Assembly (NCBI GenBank): GCA_043806915.1
Contig: JAZDGM010000020.1
Span: 21,690-85,689, forward strand
From: Pseudomonadota bacterium
Lineage (GTDB): Bacteria > Desulfobacterota > Desulfarculia > Adiutricales > JAGVGV01
DNA length: 64,000 bases
Reading direction: 5' to 3'
The notes below the pieces were generated by a model. The model saw only the letters and a list, made by a program, of their open reading frames with translations, was not told the origin of the DNA and did not search any database. Positions 10,257 through 19,373 of the stretch are shown in pieces (the first letter of the stretch is position 1; each line of letters opens with the position of its first letter). The position numbers and the translations under genes are program-made.

Positions 10257-10565
10257 TTGATGGAATCTATCTTGGTGCGGCGCGCCTGCCCTTCCCTGTT
10301 GGGATGTGACCGACTTGGGGGGATATTGGCGGCGACAGAACATGGAACCGGACAGTTTCAGTTCGGGTTGATCTCCGGGGAAACCTATGGCCGGGTTGAG
10401 CAATGCGGCAATGCACCGCGTTTCGAATTCTCATGGTCAGGGCAGGAAGAGAACGATCCGGTCCGCGGTCGGGGTTGGACGGTCGTTGAAAATGGCGCGC
10501 TGAACGGCCGCATCTATCTGCATCTGGCCGACGACTCCGCCTTTCGGGCTATCAAGAGCCAATAG
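10257..10565 (+). pseudogene. hypothetical protein, probably 5'-truncated
   Basis: GQFQFG..FEFSWSGQEENDPVRGRGW..LNGRIYLHLADDSAFRA resembles a small beta-rich family; N-terminus looks unrelated. Confidence 0.45.
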
Positions 10566-10573
10566 CGGGTCCC

Positions 10574-10894
10574 ATGAAAAAATCGAGCAAGAAAAAACCA
10601 ACCTGGACCGATCTCAAGCGCCGGCTTGCCGACCTCGACCTACCGGCGCTGCTTGGCCTGATTCATGACCTGTCCGCCGCCAGCAATAATAATCAGGCCT
10701 TTCTCCATGCCCGCTTCGCCCTGGGCGAGGACGTGCTCGAACCATACAAGACAACAATCGACCGCTGGGTTTGTCCGGATGTAAAGCGCAATCAGAATAT
10801 TTCGGTTGCCAAGGCCAAGAAGGCGATCTCCGATTACAAGAAAGCCATCGGGCGTCCGGAAGGTCTGGAGGAGCATGGATTTGCCGAAGAGTGA
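10574..10894 (+). pseudogene. hypothetical protein, probably 3'-truncated
   Basis: 106-aa ORF whose end runs into the SD and start of the next gene. Confidence 0.5.
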
Positions 10895-11852
10895 CAAGAA
10901 CCTGAATGAACAGGACGAACTGCGGCGGCTGCGCGAGGAGAACGCCCGCCTCAAGGACCTGTTGACCCGTCACGGCATCGCCTGGGAAGAACCGGCGTCT
11001 GCCACAAACCTAGGGTGAAATGCGGTGACTGCAACCAGCGCCAATTGCTGCCCGTGACCGATCAGGTGGTCTATGACCACTTGTCCGGAAAACAGACCAT
11101 CGGCGTCTATCCACTCCTGATCGATGACAGTTGCTACTTTCTGGCGGCCGATTTCGATGAGGCCGACTGGCGGGAGGATGCCAAGGCCTTCATGCAATCC
11201 TGCCGGGAGCTTGTCATTCCGGCGGCGCTGGAGATTTCACGCTCCGGCAACGGCGCTCACGCCTGGATATTTTTTTGCCGAGCCGGTTCCGGCCCGAGAG
11301 GCCCGGCAGCTCGGGACCGCATTGATCAGCCACACCTGCGACCGCACCCGGCGTATCGCCGGGGATGTCCTGGCCGCCTACCGGGAAGGACGAAAGGTGC
11401 TGGTGCTTACCGAACGTACAGAGCATCTGCCGCTATTGCGGGAGGGGCTGGGGAATGAGGTCGAGCACTGCTTTATCCTCCATGGACGCTTGTCGAACAA
11501 ACAGCGAACGGCGGTATTCGCGGAACTGGAGGCATTGGATGAGTCAGCCCCGAGAGTCCTGCTCGCCACCGGCCGCCTGATTGGCGAAGGCTTCGACCAT
11601 CCACCGCTCGATACCCTGGTGTTGGCCATGCCGATCTCCTGGAAAGGGACCTTGCGGCAATACGCCGGACGCCTGCACCGGGAGCATGCCGACAAGCAGG
11701 ATGTGCGCATCCACGACCATGCCGAGACTGATCAGCCGCAACTCGCCCGTATGTGGGACAAACGCCGGCGCGGCTACAGGGCAATGGGATACGAGATCAA
11801 AGAGGGCGCGGACCTGGACCAGCAGCATGGTTCGTTCGTCGCCGGGAGCTGA
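10876..11852 (+). pseudogene. remnant of TOTE-type AEP primase + SF2 helicase gene
   Basis: FLAADFD, LEISRSGNGAHAWIFF (AEP motifs); VLVLTER, GEGFDHPPLDTL, QYAGRLHR (helicase C); frame breaks near 11015 and 11275 and a large internal deletion near 11350. Confidence 0.8.
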
Positions 11853-11889
11853 CGGCGGCGACGCGTTGAGCACCAGATTCTCCAGCAGG

Positions 11890-12038
11890 CAGTCGCGGCG
11901 GACGTTGCGCACCCCAGCCCGGCGCCGGAAGGCGTCAAACTGCCGGGTGAACTTGGTGTCGCGGTTATGAATCAGGCATCTCGCTTCGATGCCGTGATCG
12001 TCGAGCCACATGGTCACATTCCGCGATGGCTGCATCAC
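11890..12038 (-). pseudogene. integrase-core (rve) transposase fragment
   Basis: RNVTMWL..RCLIHNRDTKFTRQFDAF resembles LIHDRDTKF of integrase core proteins. Confidence 0.55.
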
Positions 12039-12266
12039 TCAGGCTTCATCGATCACATCAATAGGTTAGGGGCGCGTTGAGGGTGGAGACTGTTTTGCGC
12101 CAGGTCGACGCCGCCTCCACCAAAGCAATTCAACAATTTTAACCGGAAGGGATTTTGCACTTTTTCCTGCATTCGCCGTTCGGCCATCTCGTCGGCAACT
12201 TCTGAAAAACTCGCCAACTTTCCGCTTTCCACCCGCATTATCGCCTGCTATATTAAACACCGCAAC

Positions 12267-12376
12267 GTCGCCCGCATCGACCAGTTGATGGCTCGGCGCG
12301 ACACGCTGGAACAGCAGATCGACCCGCCGCCGACAAACAGGCCAAACTGCTCAATGCCGTGATGGCGCTGGAATAG
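12267..12376 (+). pseudogene. C-terminal fragment of type I RM specificity subunit (HsdS)
   Basis: VARIDQLMARRDTLEQQID / AADKQAKLLNAVMALE* (one frameshift) resembles the HsdS terminal helix. Confidence 0.6.
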
Positions 12377-12388
12377 GGAGACAATCGT

Positions 12389-13030
12389 ATGTCCGACCTG
12401 ATCCCCAAACACGGCGGTTACCGCAAGCTGAAGAGTTTTCAGGTGGCGCAGCTTGTCTATGACATCACGGTGCGGTTTTGCGACCGTTACGTGGACCGCT
12501 TCAGCCGGACCAAGGACCAGATGGTGCAGGCGGCGCGGTCGGGTGTGCAGAATATCGCCGAGGGCTCGCAGGCCTCGGCGACTTCGAAAAAGACCGAGCT
12601 TAAACTCACCCAGGTGGCCCGGGCCAGCCTCGAGGAACTGAAGCTTGATTACGAAGATTTTCTGCGCCAGCGGGGGCTGGCGCGGTGGGAGCGGGAAAAC
12701 CCGCTCCGGCAGGCGCTGATCGACCGGCGCTGTCAGACCGCCGATGATGTAGCGGCCTGGGTGGTGGAGATGGCGAAAAAAAGTGGACATTGTGGACAGC
12801 ATGGATGCCGTGGACAGCTTCCTGAAGCGTCCACCGAGTCCACAACGTCCACGCAGTCCACCAAATCCTACCCGGAACTTTCGGCCAATGCCGCCCTGGT
12901 GCTGCTGGCCGTGGCCTGTTCGCTCCTCGACCGACAGGTCGAACGGCTGGCGCGGGATTTCGAAAACGAGGGCGGCTTCACCGAGCGCCTTTACCGCGTG
13001 CGTACCGCCAAGCGGAGGAGCCAACCCTAA
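12389..13030 (+). CDS. four-helix-bundle protein with suffix domain (23S IVS protein/bAvd-like fold)
   Basis: GGYRKLKSFQ, DQMVQAARSGVQNIAEGS, ARASLEELKLDYEDFL, FENEGGFTERLY; SD GGGAG. Confidence 0.9.
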   Translation: MSDLIPKHGGYRKLKSFQVAQLVYDITVRFCDRYVDRFSRTKDQMVQAARSGVQNIAEGSQASATSKKTELKLTQVARASLEELKLDYEDFLRQRGLARWERENPLRQALIDRRCQTADDVAAWVVEMAKKSGHCGQHGCRGQLPEASTESTTSTQSTKSYPELSANAALVLLAVACSLLDRQVERLARDFENEGGFTERLYRVRTAKRRSQP

Positions 13031-13257
13031 GCAAGCCCTCCAACTACCAGCCGCCCGACGCCATCACGCCGGCGATGGTGAATCATCCTTCCCGGACGGC
13101 GTTTTCCATGTCGGCCAACTCGTCATCAAACAGCGTGGACAAATAATATGGGTGCTCGTATACTGCACGGCGTGGCGCCGCTCCGGCCTCGCGGCCAGGG
13201 ATAGGGACTCCCACGACCCGGCGCCGCCGAAAAATCCAATGAACAAGGTGAGTTTCC

Positions 13258-13932
13258 ATGGATCCAAAACCAGAGCATCTACGGTCCACGGCCATTATAG
13301 AATCCGATCATGAGGCCGTCCGTGATTTCACTTTCCGGCATGCCGGCGATTCCTCCCATCAGACGGATCAGGCGGTCAGACTCTACTATGCGGTCCGGGA
13401 TGGAATCAAATACAATCCCTACCAGTTCGACCTTACTGTCAAGGGCCTCAAGGCTTCCACCACCCTGGAGGTCGGGGAAGCCTGGTGCGTGCCCAAGGCC
13501 GCGCTCCTGGCGGCCTGCTGCCGAGTGTTGGGCATACCGACGCGGGTGGGTTACGCCGATGTCCGCAACCACCTGTCGACCGCGCGCCTGCGCGAAAAAA
13601 TGAAGACGGACGTATTTCATTGGCACGGCTACACCAGTATCTACCTGGACGGGAAATGGGTCAAGGCCACGCCGGCCTTTAACGTCGAGCTGTGCGAAAA
13701 GTTCCGTCTCAAGCCCTTAGAGTTTAACGGGTTGGAAGACTCCATCTTCCATTCTTTCGACCTCGACGGCCATCGGCATATGGAATATCTCCACTTCCGA
13801 GGAGAGTACGACGATGTTCCCCTCGAGGACATGAGGAAGAGCTTTGCCGAACTTCTTGGATTTCTTGGATTTCCCCTGGATGACGCCGATTTCCGCCTGG
13901 ACGTGGACAAGGAGACCGCCAACGAACAATAG
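13258..13932 (+). CDS. transglutaminase-like family protein
   Basis: YYAVRDGIKYNPY, WCVPKA, DVRNHL, WHGY, WVKATPAF. Confidence 0.85.
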   Translation: MDPKPEHLRSTAIIESDHEAVRDFTFRHAGDSSHQTDQAVRLYYAVRDGIKYNPYQFDLTVKGLKASTTLEVGEAWCVPKAALLAACCRVLGIPTRVGYADVRNHLSTARLREKMKTDVFHWHGYTSIYLDGKWVKATPAFNVELCEKFRLKPLEFNGLEDSIFHSFDLDGHRHMEYLHFRGEYDDVPLEDMRKSFAELLGFLGFPLDDADFRLDVDKETANEQ

Positions 13933-14243
13933 AGGCAAATGTACTATAAGGACGTATTGAAGCTCCCGCGGAAACACCTATATCACAGTAGGTTAATAGC
14001 ACAAGGAAATCAAAATTCCGCCTGTTTACCACCGAAGTTGAAAAATGTCCGGACGCCCGGTTGTAAATCGGCTATATTCCAAGGTTTCCCAGCTCCGACG
14101 CGGCATCTGAAAAATAAAATCAAAAACGCCATAAATTACAAGGCGCTTTCGAAATAACGCCGGCGGGACGTTTTACCTCCGGACTTACGCTGTTTAACTA
14201 CCCTTTACCAGCCTGTCACCTTTAAGGCGTCCGCGGAACCGGA

Positions 14244-14271
14244 AACCAATGGTCATATGTGACCATTGGTT
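14244..14271. promoter_or_regulatory. palindrome, candidate enhancer (bEBP) site
   Basis: AACCAATGGTCA-TATG-TGACCATTGGTT, perfect 12-bp arms, about 110 bp upstream of a sigma54 motif. Confidence 0.6.
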
Positions 14272-14379
14272 GAATATGACCCGGGCGGGGTGGTCATTGG
14301 GGGCTAGCATTTAAAAAATTCCGGATAGTTTGGCATGGATATCAGAACGGTTAGGGCGCGGCGCTCGGCTTGGTACGTC

Positions 14380-14395
14380 TGGCACAATGATTGCA
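14380..14395 (+). promoter_or_regulatory. sigma54 promoter
   Basis: TGGCAC-AATGA-TTGCA, exact -24/-12 consensus. Confidence 0.75.
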
Positions 14396-14717
14396 CCAAT
14401 TAGTTAGGCGCGGCGGATTTTTGTTTAATGAAACAACACATCAGTTCGATCCGGCCGCATCGCGGGCCGTGAATAAACGGCTATTAATTAATGTTCCAAG
14501 GGGGGAGGAGCATGAAAACCGGTTTACGAGACGAATCAAGGGACAAGGCGTCGCTAGATCAAAATACCCGAACATCAAGCCAAAATGATCTAATTTAACG
14601 ACCAAAAAGTCGGAGGAGCTAAACCGCCGGAAAATAACATCATGATAGAAGGAACGTTGCGAAGCAGTGTGATAGAAATCCATAACATGACTTAACGACC
14701 AAGTAAAAGAGGTCAAA

Positions 14718-14867
14718 ATGCTTTGGACCATAATTGTGCTGACGTTGGTGCTGTGGACGGTTTTATTGATGACCGGATACACCATGGGAGGCGTCATTCA
14801 CGGGTTGCTGGTAATCGCGATTGTAATGATACTGATCCAATTTTTTCAAAGCCGAAGACATGTATAA
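14718..14867 (+). CDS. lmo0937-family small membrane protein (49 aa)
   Basis: MLWTIIVLTLVLWTVLLMTGYTMGGVIHGLLVIAIVMILIQFFQSRRHV*, SD AAGAGG; below ORF-track cutoff. Confidence 0.85.
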   Translation: MLWTIIVLTLVLWTVLLMTGYTMGGVIHGLLVIAIVMILIQFFQSRRHV

Positions 14868-15334
14868 CTTTTTCAGCCGCCCTTGGGAAGCGGGCAATGG
14901 AAAAAAAATTAATAATATTTAGACTTGCCTCATAATAGGTGTGATTATTGTTTTCACTGACGCGGGTTGTTACTTGAAAATTAAACAGGAAATAGCAAAT
15001 GAATTTATTAACGGTAAAGTTGCAACAATAAAACACGATTTGCCGGAAACAAAATTTAAAGGGGCGTAAAGTTATATTCATTAGATTTCGAAGGCGCGAT
15101 AACACTCAGGAGAAACACCAAAATACGACATTGACCGAACCCCGGGTTTTTGACGCGGCTCCTTATTCGACTCCCTATCCGGATCGCCGCGAGGCCGCTT
15201 TTCCCAACCGCGGTTATAAGCGTGACGACGGCTAGAATCAATTCAACAATTTTCAAGCATTTTTTTTTGGCGTCGTCCGGATCAAGCCATCGATTGGGAT
15301 TTACGAACAAGGCAACTGAAAGCGAGGAAAAAAA

Positions 15335-16723
15335 ATGAATACATCAAAGAAATTACTTAGAATTTTTTTCGTTCTGACAACCGCGATGTTGGCGGGTTGT
15401 TGGGGAGGCCGTTCGGAGAACAATTCGAACAACCTTGTGTTTTTCGGGTCGGCGGATGGCGTGCAAGTCGTATCGGTGACGGATTATTCTTCTTCAAGTT
15501 TAGACTTGCTGAAGGCCCAAATGGAGGATGCCGGGGCTGGAATCACCGCCCTGAGCACCGCCTTGGGCGGGTACGGAACGATGGACGGGGACGTGAGCAA
15601 GGCGTACGAGAAGGATGAAGATACCCAATCCATCTTGGATATTATCCTGGTTTTGGCCCAAGAGTTCGTCCACATGATCAAATATCCATTAGTGTCGCCG
15701 TCCCAAGTGGTTTTTCGCTGGGTGGATGGAGGTGAAAATCAGAGCGGCCTATTAGTTACCCCCGATTCATCCTATAATGAATCCTACCCCATGATAGTTT
15801 TTATGCACCCCACCCAGACCCTGCGCAAGTTTTCCCCGTCGTACAACGACGGCTCCGACGACGAGATGACCGCGCAGTACGCCCACCTGCTGGCCATGAT
15901 GGGATATATTGTCGTTGTCCCGGACTACCTCGGCCTTGGCGTCAACCATGAGGTTCACCCTTATTGTCTCACTACTCTCGCCAAGTCGGCGACGGGCATG
16001 ATATACGCGGTCAAACAACTGAATACCGACTGGGACGGTAGAATATTTATAATGGGTTATTCGGAGGGCGGATACGCCACCCTGGTGACGGCCAAGGAAA
16101 TTGAGCAGAACAATCCCGACCTTGACCTCGTCGCGGCGGCGGCTCTTGATGGACCACATTCCCTCTCCGAGATAATGCATGGCGTGATGCTTGATGCCGA
16201 CGAAAATTACAAGGCGCCGTATTTTCTTCCCTATGTAATAGCCGGTTATGGCGCGGCCTATCCGGACCTGCCGGAAGTTCAGTTTGAAAACGCGGTCATC
16301 GACGATCCAGCGGGTTTTCGGGACCAACTTTTCACCCTGATGAATGGAGACTATTCCGCGAGTCAACTTAATGACTTGATTCGGCAAGTACAACCCTATG
16401 AAGGGCCCGCCAGCATCCTGACAAACGACACTATTGACGCCCTGCGGGACCCCGACAGCCTGTTGAACGAAAAGTTATTGGAAAACGACTCTTATTATGA
16501 CTGGCTTCCCTCAATTCACGTTTTGCTTTGCCACAATGTGTATGACGATTTAGTCCCGGTCGAAAATAGCACCCTGGCGGAGATATCCTGGAAAGATATT
16601 CCCAACGTCCAAGTGGACTTTTTCTCCGATTATATGACCGGTCAGGGCACGATTCACGCCGGGGCCGCGCCATACGCCTATATAAGAGGGACAAACTGGC
16701 TTAACGACTTGGCCGGAAAATAA
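15335..16723 (+). CDS. lipoprotein alpha/beta hydrolase (secretory lipase-like)
   Basis: lipobox LAGC, PDYLGLG, GYSEGG nucleophile elbow, DDLVP, C-terminal His. Confidence 0.85.
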   Translation: MNTSKKLLRIFFVLTTAMLAGCWGGRSENNSNNLVFFGSADGVQVVSVTDYSSSSLDLLKAQMEDAGAGITALSTALGGYGTMDGDVSKAYEKDEDTQSILDIILVLAQEFVHMIKYPLVSPSQVVFRWVDGGENQSGLLVTPDSSYNESYPMIVFMHPTQTLRKFSPSYNDGSDDEMTAQYAHLLAMMGYIVVVPDYLGLGVNHEVHPYCLTTLAKSATGMIYAVKQLNTDWDGRIFIMGYSEGGYATLVTAKEIEQNNPDLDLVAAAALDGPHSLSEIMHGVMLDADENYKAPYFLPYVIAGYGAAYPDLPEVQFENAVIDDPAGFRDQLFTLMNGDYSASQLNDLIRQVQPYEGPASILTNDTIDALRDPDSLLNEKLLENDSYYDWLPSIHVLLCHNVYDDLVPVENSTLAEISWKDIPNVQVDFFSDYMTGQGTIHAGAAPYAYIRGTNWLNDLAGK

Positions 16724-17123
16724 AATAACGTTTTGAAGATCATTTTCTTGTTTTTTAAAAGAAAATAATCCCAAAGGCTATTTAACGAGCGGGCGGAGGC
16801 CCGCTTTAGCCTTTCTTTCCCAGCAACTAATTGGATTGGCCGAGCTTTCCCCTGACGCCCCCATGTACGGGCCTTCCCGGCCCACGGCCGCGAAGCCCAA
16901 GGGACCTTCCCGGTAACCGGTTGACATCCCAGTCATAACATTTATGTTTCTAAGCTTTAATATCTTTGACAACAGCGGCGTGACCCTGTTATAACGCTTC
17001 GAAGTTGATCGAGAAAATCGGAATAACCGCCGGGGCGGGGAAGAGAGTGCGGCCTTCGCGCGCCCGCCAGGCCCGGGACATTCATCCACCACGCCATGCC
17101 ATGGCCGCCCCTTCGAGGATTGC

Positions 17124-18179
17124 ATGAATATTCGACGCACCTGGTTCGCAACGCCCGGACGGAAATGGGGTCGGCTAATCGCACTTTGCGGCGCTTGCTG
17201 GTTTTTGACTGTATTTTTAACGATCAATCCCGGCCGCGCTAGCAGCGACCAACCATCCGGCCCGGCTTCCACGCCCCAAAAAGAATTAATCACCTGTTTG
17301 GGGCGGCTTTTACCCGGAGGGCGAATTCTCCAGCTAGCCGCCCCGTCCCAAGCCGTGATCCGGGAACTTCTCGTGGGGCGCGGCCAATGGGTCGAGCGGG
17401 GGGAGGTCCTGGCTCGACTGCGCGACCACGCCCGGGAAATGGCCGTTCTCGCCCAGGCGGAGAAGGAAGCGGCCGTGGCGGCGAGCGAGCTTGCCGTGGT
17501 CAGGGCCGGGGTTAAGGCGGCGGCCATCGAGGCTCAGCAAGCGGCGATCGCCCGCCAGGAGGCGATTCTCCGCCAGGAGGAAGCCCAATACGAACGGAGT
17601 CGGCGACTTTTTGAAAAGAATTTCAGCACCGCCAAGGACTTTGACGAGGCGCTGACCCACCGCGACACGGCGCGTAAATCGCTGCTTATGGAACGCCAAA
17701 ACCTGGAGAGCCTGCGGGATATACGGAAGGAAGACCTGGCCCCGGCCGCCGCCAAAGTGGAAGCAGCCGAGGCCGCCCGGCGGGTGGCGGCTGAAAATGT
17801 CGAACTGAACGTCATCCGCGCTCCGGTGGCGGGCCGCGTTCTGGAAATCCACGCTTTTCCGGGAGAAGCCGTCCCGGAGCAAGGCCTGCTCGAAATGAGC
17901 AGCGGCCGGGAGATGATGGTTGAAGCGGAAGTCTACATCAGCGATATCGGTCGGGTCAGAATCGGCGCGCCGGCGACTATTTCCGGCGAGGCCTTCCCCG
18001 GCAGAGTCGGCGGGCAAGTCGTCGAGATCGTGCCCATGGTCACCCGCTGCGCGATTCTGCCGTCCGACCCGCTGGCCTTTTCGGACCTCCGGATCGTCAA
18101 AGTCTGGATTCGTCTCGATGATTCCAGCGCGCTGGGCCACCTTGGCAATCATCAGGTTTCAGTCGCGATCGAGCCATGA
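17124..18179 (+). CDS. DevB-like membrane fusion (HlyD family) protein
   Basis: TCLGRLLPGG, coiled coil, IRAPVAGRVLEIH, EVYISDIGRV. Confidence 0.85.
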   Translation: MNIRRTWFATPGRKWGRLIALCGACWFLTVFLTINPGRASSDQPSGPASTPQKELITCLGRLLPGGRILQLAAPSQAVIRELLVGRGQWVERGEVLARLRDHAREMAVLAQAEKEAAVAASELAVVRAGVKAAAIEAQQAAIARQEAILRQEEAQYERSRRLFEKNFSTAKDFDEALTHRDTARKSLLMERQNLESLRDIRKEDLAPAAAKVEAAEAARRVAAENVELNVIRAPVAGRVLEIHAFPGEAVPEQGLLEMSSGREMMVEAEVYISDIGRVRIGAPATISGEAFPGRVGGQVVEIVPMVTRCAILPSDPLAFSDLRIVKVWIRLDDSSALGHLGNHQVSVAIEP

Positions 18180-19369
18180 AGAGCCGGCTTTCGCAACTTT
18201 TCAACGCCTTCGCGCCGTTGGGCATTCCCTTGGCCTGGCGTCAACTGACACGCGACCGGAAACGGTTCGTCACCGCCATCGCGGGAGTCACCTTTGGGTT
18301 TGTCCTGATGTTGTTTCAAATCGGCTTATACACGGCTTCGCTTCGCATGGTCGTGTTCCCGCATTCCGCGCTCAAGGGAGAGCTCGTCATTACCAGCCGG
18401 AATTATGGCTATTTTTACTCCAACGAGACGTTTCCCAGGCAAATTCTGTATCAGCTCCGGGGCGTCCCGGGAGTCGCCTCCGTCGCGCCCTTGAACGTGC
18501 ATTTTGTGCGCTGGAAAAATACGACGACCGGAGTGAACCGCGAAATCGGCGCCCTGGCCGTCAACCCGTCGGAGAATCCCTTTAACCATCCCGAATTGAC
18601 TAAAAATATCCACCTGCTGACCAACAGCGAGACCGTCTTGTTCGACCGGCGATCCAACCAGGACGATTTTGGAAACGTGGTCGACTTGTTCCTGAAAACC
18701 GGCGCGGCCATCTCCGAGGTGGAGCGGGTGCGCCTCAAGGTGAAGGGATTGTTTTCCCTGGGGCAAACCCTGGCTTCCACCGGCCATATCGTCATAAGCG
18801 ACGAAGCCTTGGCCCGCATTTTTCCCTACCGCCCGACCAACAGGATCAGCCTTGGCCTGGCGACGCTCGACGCCGGGGTGGACCCGGTCGAGATGCGGCG
18901 GCGCCTCGCGACTTTCCTGCCCGCTGAGGTTCGGATAATGACCGCCCACGAATTCCAGAAGGAAGAGCAGGATTATTGGATAACCCGCACGGCCATCGGG
19001 TTCATTTGCCTGGCCGGAATGCTGGTCGGGATGTTCGTTGGAGCGATCGTGGTCTACCAGATACTCTACACCGACGTCACGGACCATCTGCGGGAATATG
19101 CCACGCTCAAGGCCATCGGCATCACGGACATGTTCCTGCTGCGCATTGTCTTGACCGAGGCCTTAATTCTTCTAGCCGCCAGCGCCCTACCCTTGACGAT
19201 CCTTTCCGGCCTGCTGTTCGAAGTCACCCGGACCGAAGCCGGGATGCCCACGGAGTTGGCTTTGCCGGAGCTGCTGGCCGTGTTCGCCATCGGCGCCGCG
19301 GTTTGCATCTTTGCCGGCTTGTTGGCCACCCGAAAACTCAAGACGGCCGATCCGGCGGATATCTATTAA
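18176..19369 (+). CDS. DevC-like ABC exporter permease
   Basis: PLAWRQL, VYQILYTDVTDHLREYATLKAIG, ADPADIY; 4-bp overlap with previous gene. Confidence 0.9.
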   Translation: MKSRLSQLFNAFAPLGIPLAWRQLTRDRKRFVTAIAGVTFGFVLMLFQIGLYTASLRMVVFPHSALKGELVITSRNYGYFYSNETFPRQILYQLRGVPGVASVAPLNVHFVRWKNTTTGVNREIGALAVNPSENPFNHPELTKNIHLLTNSETVLFDRRSNQDDFGNVVDLFLKTGAAISEVERVRLKVKGLFSLGQTLASTGHIVISDEALARIFPYRPTNRISLGLATLDAGVDPVEMRRRLATFLPAEVRIMTAHEFQKEEQDYWITRTAIGFICLAGMLVGMFVGAIVVYQILYTDVTDHLREYATLKAIGITDMFLLRIVLTEALILLAASALPLTILSGLLFEVTRTEAGMPTELALPELLAVFAIGAAVCIFAGLLATRKLKTADPADIY

Positions 19370-19373
19370 AACC

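Larger units (their letters stand above)
6802..13180. mobile_element. decayed genomic island(s) integrated at the tmRNA 3' end
   Basis: tmRNA 3' end CGCCGCCTCCACCA repeated at 12109-12122; interval filled with truncated conflict genes; no intact integrase seen; right boundary approximate. Confidence 0.75.
12109..13180 (+). repeat. copy 2 of duplicated block, beginning with tmRNA 3'-end (att) repeat
   Basis: CGCCGCCTCCACCAAAGCAATTCAACAATTTTAACCGG matches 6802 onward. Confidence 0.9.

Noticed and set aside
6802-13180. Diversity-generating retroelement (Avd-like gene plus near-identical repeats)
   Set aside because: No reverse transcriptase in the window, and differences between copies are indels and mixed substitutions, not adenine-specific.
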